Positions 59,374 through 64,000 of a DNA stretch of 64,000 bases are shown here, piece by piece. The DNA is from Armatimonadota bacterium (GTDB lineage: Bacteria > Armatimonadota > SYMT01): positions 32,001 through 96,000 of the forward strand of contig JAWLHY010000002.1 of NCBI GenBank assembly GCA_041690135.1, written 5' to 3'. A model generated the notes under the pieces. That model was not told the DNA's origin. It saw nothing but the letters and a program-made list of their open reading frames with translations, and searched no databases. Numbering within the stretch: position 1 is the stretch's first letter; every line of letters begins with the position of its first letter. Made by a program: the position numbers and the translations under genes.

Positions 59374-59402
59374 CGGGGCGTCCCGGCATTCGGGACGCCC
59401 CG
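59374..59402. terminator. GC-rich hairpin after HTH gene
   Basis: CGGGGCGTCCCG-GCATT-CGGGACGCCCCG; no U tract. Confidence 0.45.
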
Positions 59403-59439
59403 AGTGCGTGTGCCCTGACCCGACCGGAGGCCGGCCGAC

Positions 59440-59865
59440 GTGCCCCTGCCCGACCGTTCCACTCCCGATCCGCCTGCGAACCCCGGCCCGATCCCCAGCC
59501 GGAACCCCAACCGGGTGCGGGACCACCTGGCGAACGAACGCACCTTCCTGGCCTGGATTCGCACCGCGGTGGCGTTGATGGGCTTTGGTGTGGTGATCGT
59601 CCGTTTGCGTTACCTGTTGCCGCCAGGAATGCAGGAACGCAGCCACGGTTGGGAACTGGGCCTATTGTTCGCCCTGGTGGGCCTGTCGACCGTCCTGCTG
59701 GCGACCTTCGAATACTTCGCCATCCGCAACGCGATCGAGACGGAGAGCTACGAGCCGAAGGGCCGCTGGATCATCCTGCTTAGCCTGGCCGTCAGCCTCA
59801 TCGGCGCGGGCATTCTCTACTACGTGCTGTCCACCCCTATCACGGCCCTTCCGGGTGTGCCCTGA
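59440..59865 (+). CDS. DUF202 (YidH-like) membrane protein
   Basis: RDHLANERTFLAWIRT. Confidence 0.92.
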   Translation: MPLPDRSTPDPPANPGPIPSRNPNRVRDHLANERTFLAWIRTAVALMGFGVVIVRLRYLLPPGMQERSHGWELGLLFALVGLSTVLLATFEYFAIRNAIETESYEPKGRWIILLSLAVSLIGAGILYYVLSTPITALPGVP

Positions 59866-60012
59866 TCGCGCGGAATGGCTGTTATCCCGGCGGCCCATGC
59901 AACCCGGGGAGGGAAGCGCTCCGAACGGGGCATACTGTAAGCGCAGAGCGAGGGAGGACGCCCCTCTTGCCTCCCTTACGTGAATCGGCCCTGCGAGACC
60001 GGAGAGCTGGAG

Positions 60013-60417
60013 ATGAAACGAATCCTGTTGGCCTATGACGGTTCGGAGCCCGCGAAGCATGCGGCGATTCGTGCTGCCGACCTGGCGCGCCACCTGGACG
60101 CGACCGTTACGGTGCTGGTGGTCGGCGAACTCATGGAAAGCGGCTACGGGACCGTGCTGCCCGTAGTGGAGGCCGAGGTGTACGACGGCGTGGCCGAAGA
60201 AGGCGCGCAGGCGGTACGAGACGCGGGCGCACCGGCGGAAGCACAGGTGGCGTGGGGACGCCCAGCGGATAAGATCGTGGAGACGGCAGGCGAGCAGGGG
60301 GCGGAGATGGTGGTGATCGGACACCGCGGCCTCGGCGGGCTGAAGTCCCTGTTGCTGGGGAGCGTCGCCAAGCACGTGATCGACCACGCCCCCTGCTCGG
60401 TGCTGGTGGTGCGGTAA
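60013..60417 (+). CDS. universal stress protein
   Basis: ILLAYDGS, GHRG...LLGSVA..V..HAPCSVLVVR. Confidence 0.95.
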   Translation: MKRILLAYDGSEPAKHAAIRAADLARHLDATVTVLVVGELMESGYGTVLPVVEAEVYDGVAEEGAQAVRDAGAPAEAQVAWGRPADKIVETAGEQGAEMVVIGHRGLGGLKSLLLGSVAKHVIDHAPCSVLVVR

Positions 60418-60421
60418 GCCG

Positions 60422-60931
60422 TTACTTCCCGTACAGCTTCACGTACTTCGCCGGGTTCTTCTCGAAAGTCGCCTTCGTTTGTGCCGTGGCGAAGAGGTAG
60501 TGCTGCCCCTTGTACTCCATGTGCGGGGACTCGCTGCCGGCCAGGAAAAGCTCGCCGGTCACCACGTCCGGCTGCTTCTTCAGGTGGTCGGGCGCCTTGA
60601 GGAAGCCGGACGTGCAGCCCTCGCAGCAAAGGTAGTACAGGTTGTTGTTCAGCACCACGCGGTTGGCGGCGCCGATCTTGGCGACCGGGTTCTCCAGGAT
60701 CGGGCAGTTCGCCACTTCCTTCAGGTACTTCTCCGGTTTCTGGCGGAAGGCGGTTACGCACTTCTCGCAGCAGAAGTAGGTACGCTTCCGGTTGATCTGG
60801 ATCATGGGCGCCTTGGAGATGTCGGTAACGGCCTTGCCGCTTACCGGGCAGGCCCGTTTGCTCTGGGCGCCGGCCGTGGTCGCGGCAAGACCGACGACCA
60901 GCAGGGCCACTCCGAAGAGGCAGGCTTTCAT
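60422..60931 (-). CDS. exported YHS/TRASH-repeat protein
   Basis: CPVSG..YFCCEKC..F..PEKY; CPI..YLCCEGC; DVVTG..YKGQHYLF..F..NPAKY. Confidence 0.85.
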   Translation of the reverse strand: MKACLFGVALLVVGLAATTAGAQSKRACPVSGKAVTDISKAPMIQINRKRTYFCCEKCVTAFRQKPEKYLKEVANCPILENPVAKIGAANRVVLNNNLYYLCCEGCTSGFLKAPDHLKKQPDVVTGELFLAGSESPHMEYKGQHYLFATAQTKATFEKNPAKYVKLYGK

Positions 60932-61103
60932 GGCTCTTTACTCCTTGCCTTTTGACTTGAGGGGAAGGGCTCCCGAATCGGTCTCCGCGGCGGCCGGGGC
61001 GACAGCGGGGATTCCGAGCAGCAGTGCTCGCAGCGGGTGCCGGGGCTCGATGATAGTTTCCCATTTCGCCACTTCGGCCGGTATCCCTTCCTGGGGATGC
61101 CCC

Positions 61104-61158
61104 GATAAGGATTAGGACTACGATTAAGATTAGGACGGGGACTACGATTGGGATTGCG
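61104..61158 (+). repeat. hexamer tract (GATTAG/GACTAC)
   Basis: gataaggattaggactacgattaagattaggacgggactacgattgggattg-like run. Confidence 0.75.
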
Positions 61159-61294
61159 GTCACGGACAGGGTCGGAGCGGGCAAGGCTGCCTCCGGCCTC
61201 CTATAATGTTCAGACCGGAGGGGTTCGCGGTGATGGTGCGCCGGTATCCCTTTCGCACGCTTCCTTTTCGACACGGCTACGGTAATCGATCTTC

Positions 61295-61852
61295 ATGACC
61301 TCTCCCGGACTGGAGGAATTTGATCTCGGACCTTCTGCCCAGCCGGGGGTTCCGCCGCCCGGGCAGTGGCCGGCCTCCTCTCGCCGGGCTGCCGGCTGCG
61401 GCCTGGGATGCCTGGGGCTGGTGCTGCTGCAGGCCCTCCTGATCTGGGCGGCGATGTGGCTCCCCTTCATGGCGCCCGAAGGCGTGGACATCAGCCTGAA
61501 AGCACCGGAGCACGTGACCGTTGGCCAGACGTTTCCGCTCACGATCACCGTGCGGAACCGGGGAGACCAGCCGATCCAGGTGATGAACATCGTCGTGGAC
61601 CGGCAGACGACGGCGCAGTTGACCCTGTCCAATCCCCAGCCCGCGCCCCGGTCGGCGCAGGGGGCGGGAGAGGGGCAGATCTGGACCTACGCCCAGGAAG
61701 TCGCGCCCGGAAAGAGCTGGACGGTGCGCTTCGACGCCAGCGCGCGCGGGGCGGGCATGCTCAAGGGGATGATCATGGTGCAGGCGCCCCTGGTACCGAA
61801 ATCCGTGCCGTACAAGATCGAGGCCGTGATGCCCCCGCCAAAGAAGAAATAG
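61295..61852 (+). CDS. single-TM protein with Ig-like (DUF11/CARDB-like) domain
   Basis: GCGLGCLG TM; VGQTFPLTITVRNRG; APG.S..V.F. Confidence 0.7.
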   Translation: MTSPGLEEFDLGPSAQPGVPPPGQWPASSRRAAGCGLGCLGLVLLQALLIWAAMWLPFMAPEGVDISLKAPEHVTVGQTFPLTITVRNRGDQPIQVMNIVVDRQTTAQLTLSNPQPAPRSAQGAGEGQIWTYAQEVAPGKSWTVRFDASARGAGMLKGMIMVQAPLVPKSVPYKIEAVMPPPKKK

Positions 61853-61884
61853 CCCCGCCCTCGCCTCGCTCGTTGGTTTCTCGT

Positions 61885-61975
61885 TCCTTCCCGGCTCCTT
61901 CCCGGCTCCTTCCCGGCTCCTTCCCGGCTCCTTCTTCGTTCCTTATCGTTATCCTTATCGCCCCTCTCCTTATCC
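61885..61975. repeat. 11-mer tandem repeat (TCCTTCCCGGC)x4.5 followed by CCTTATC hexamer tract
   Basis: Direct reading of 61885-61934 and 61941-61975. Confidence 0.85.
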
Positions 61976-62956
61976 ACCGGGTGTCCAGGCCAGCGCCCGC
62001 ACCTCGCCGAACTCCCTGGGCAGCTTGGACCAGCTATCCCCGCCGTCGAGACTGCGGTAGAGTTGGCCGGAGATGCTGGAAGCGTAGACCCGGTTCGGGT
62101 CCGCGGGATGGAAGGCGATATTCCACACGGTGCTGTTCGTGATCTGGGGAAGGCCCAGGCGTTCCCACGTCTCTCCCGCGTCCGGCGTGCGGTAGAGCGC
62201 CCCCTGGTTTCCCGGAGGACCGTTTCCCGCGCCGATCCACACTGTGTGCGGATCGTGCGGCGACACAACACAGGCGCGCGTGTACGGCCAGGGAAACTCG
62301 CGGCTTACGTGGAGGGGCGCCCAGGTTTCCCCGTCGTCCGCGCTCCGGTTCACGTCGTTGTTGGTGGTGGCGAGCAGGACGCGTTTGCCTGTCCCCCGAC
62401 GCTGTCGGACACTCGCCAGGCCGTGGATATCGGGACTGGAGAGCCCTTCGCCGAGCTCGTCCCAGGTCCGGCCACCGTCCCGGCTGCGGCGGAGACCACC
62501 AATCTCGATTCCGGCATAGATCGTGGAAGCGTCCGGATCGATCAGAACGCAGGTGACGCGGGGCGTGAGTGGCGCCCCATTGACACACCGGTCCGGCATC
62601 GGCGCGTTCAGTCGCTCCCAGGTCCGGCCGTCGTCCTCGCTGCGATAGATGGCGGCCGGGCAGGTCCCTGCCAGAAGATGGTCCGGATTCCGCGGGTCGC
62701 GAGCCAGCGACCAGATTTGGCGGTCCAGCGAGGAACCCAGGCGTTCCCAGCGGTCCGCGCCGTCTCGGGAGACGAACAGGCCCGTCTCGGTGCCGAGGTG
62801 CAGGCAGTTCGGGTCGTCCGGGTGCACCAGCAACGCGCGTACGTCGCCCTCCATCGGGGCGCCGGCGCTCGCACGGGCAAAGGTCAGGCCACCGTCGCGG
62901 CTGCGCCAGAGGCTCTGGCCCACGGTTCCGACATAGACGCGAGTGCTATCCGCCAT
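61970..62956 (-). CDS. BNR/Asp-box repeat beta-propeller (Ycf48/sialidase-like)
   Basis: Multiple SxDGGxTW Asp boxes. Confidence 0.88.
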   Translation of the reverse strand: MADSTRVYVGTVGQSLWRSRDGGLTFARASAGAPMEGDVRALLVHPDDPNCLHLGTETGLFVSRDGADRWERLGSSLDRQIWSLARDPRNPDHLLAGTCPAAIYRSEDDGRTWERLNAPMPDRCVNGAPLTPRVTCVLIDPDASTIYAGIEIGGLRRSRDGGRTWDELGEGLSSPDIHGLASVRQRRGTGKRVLLATTNNDVNRSADDGETWAPLHVSREFPWPYTRACVVSPHDPHTVWIGAGNGPPGNQGALYRTPDAGETWERLGLPQITNSTVWNIAFHPADPNRVYASSISGQLYRSLDGGDSWSKLPREFGEVRALAWTPGG

Positions 62957-63045
62957 CCTGCATTCCTTCCCGACGCCCTACCGGCCCTCTCCGTGGGTAC
63001 GCCGGCGCGTCGTCCTCTCTACCGTATACTGCACAGCGCTACTAC

Positions 63046-63152
63046 CCACCTCTCACCTCACACTCATCTCGTTCAAGGCAGGGCAACCAGAGCCGGTGCC
63101 CCTACAGGGCGCTCTCACCGTTCCCACCCCTCACCCCCCACCTCTCACCTCG
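63046..63152. repeat. degenerate CTCACCT heptamer tracts around a GTAG-REP-like hairpin
   Basis: cccacctctcacctcacactcatctc ... cccacccctcaccccccacctctcacctc. Confidence 0.6.
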
Positions 63153-63305
63153 CCATGCCTGCCAGGAGACTCACTCTGTGGTAAGCTCAATCACAGGCAC
63201 GCAGGAACGGTTTCCGGCGGGCTGGAACAGGGCACTGCAGGATCCCGGCGTGGGCGACCCTGGCGACAGGGTATAACCGCGCGTAGCCATTGCGGGAGAA
63301 AGCCA

Positions 63306-64000
63306 ATGCTGTTTACGAGGCGGGAAGCGAAGCCCCCTTCCTGGCAGAGGGAAGGGCGGGACGAACGGGAAGGGCCGCGTGTTCTGGCGCGGGGCGAGAA
63401 GTCGATTATCCGGGAGTGGGAGCGCGTTGATATCGACCGGTGGATCGCCTGGCCGCGCCACCGAGACCCCTTCTTCGAGAGCTACAACGCCCCGTTGATG
63501 TCGGTTCGGCAGCGCGACGATTACTATCGCCAGCGGCTCAACTCCGTGGACACCCGGCAGTACAGCGTTGATGACCTGTTCGGAGAGCTCGTCGGAAGAA
63601 TCTCGCTCCGGGAGATCGATCTCCGCATGGGAGCCTCGGTCCTGGGGATCTCTTTCCACCCGGAACGGTTGAACCAGGGTCTGGGAAGTGACGCACTTCG
63701 GGCCTTCCTGGGTTATTACTTTCAGGGTCTGCAAATGCAGGCGCTCTTCCTCGACGTGGCCGCCTTCAACCAGCGGGCGTATCGCGTCTACGAGAAGTGC
63801 GGGTTCCGGAAGTGTGGGCAGCGCTGGGGTGAGCCGCAGACGGACCTTCCCGGCGTCTTCCGCAAAAAGGAATACGAGGAGATTCGCCCGCTGTTCAAGT
63901 GGGAATATGGACTGATGCGGCCACTCCTCATCGACATGGTGATCCGGCGCGAAGACTGGGAGCGGTTGCGCGCCGAACGGGAGACCCGAGAAACCACCTC
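63306..64000 (+). CDS. GNAT (RimJ/RimL-like) N-acetyltransferase, runs off window end
   Basis: Hand-translated MLFTRRE...LVGRISLR...NQGLGSDAL...FNQRAYRVYEKCGF; GGAG RBS; absent from the ORF track because no stop is in the window. Confidence 0.88.
   Translation, partial: MLFTRREAKPPSWQREGRDEREGPRVLARGEKSIIREWERVDIDRWIAWPRHRDPFFESYNAPLMSVRQRDDYYRQRLNSVDTRQYSVDDLFGELVGRISLREIDLRMGASVLGISFHPERLNQGLGSDALRAFLGYYFQGLQMQALFLDVAAFNQRAYRVYEKCGFRKCGQRWGEPQTDLPGVFRKKEYEEIRPLFKWEYGLMRPLLIDMVIRREDWERLRAERETRETT

Noticed and set aside
52300-59400. Prophage or ICE integrated at tRNA-Pro
   Set aside because: No integrase, structural genes or duplicated tRNA 3' end were found.
61225-61290. Fluoride-riboswitch-like GGTGATGG
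   Set aside because: The remaining consensus and pseudoknot partner are absent, and the downstream gene is unrelated.

Overview
GC-rich bacterial chromosomal window. The gene content (DUF1501/PPC/DUF1552, sulfatase, DUF4838, many beta-propellers, ECF sigmas, FhaA-like protein) suggests an Armatimonadota/PVC-like organism; this is inference only. It holds about 55 protein genes (transport, carbohydrate enzymes, two-component pair, two ECF sigmas, parDE, M16 peptidase, SEDS-PBP fusion, ankyrins), one tRNA-Pro(CGG) and two apparent gene remnants. The most striking content is non-coding: (i) a Y1/HUH transposase flanked by inverted double-hairpin REP-like units with further copies nearby (RAYT/REP-like); (ii) a GxxExxY PD-(D/E)XK gene bracketed by inverted octamer arrays, with gene-less inverted short-repeat arrays of other unit types elsewhere, one tract lying in frame inside the M16 gene; (iii) a 3-copy dispersed ~130-170 bp element I do not recognise. 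All family calls come from reading motifs by eye; no searches were run.
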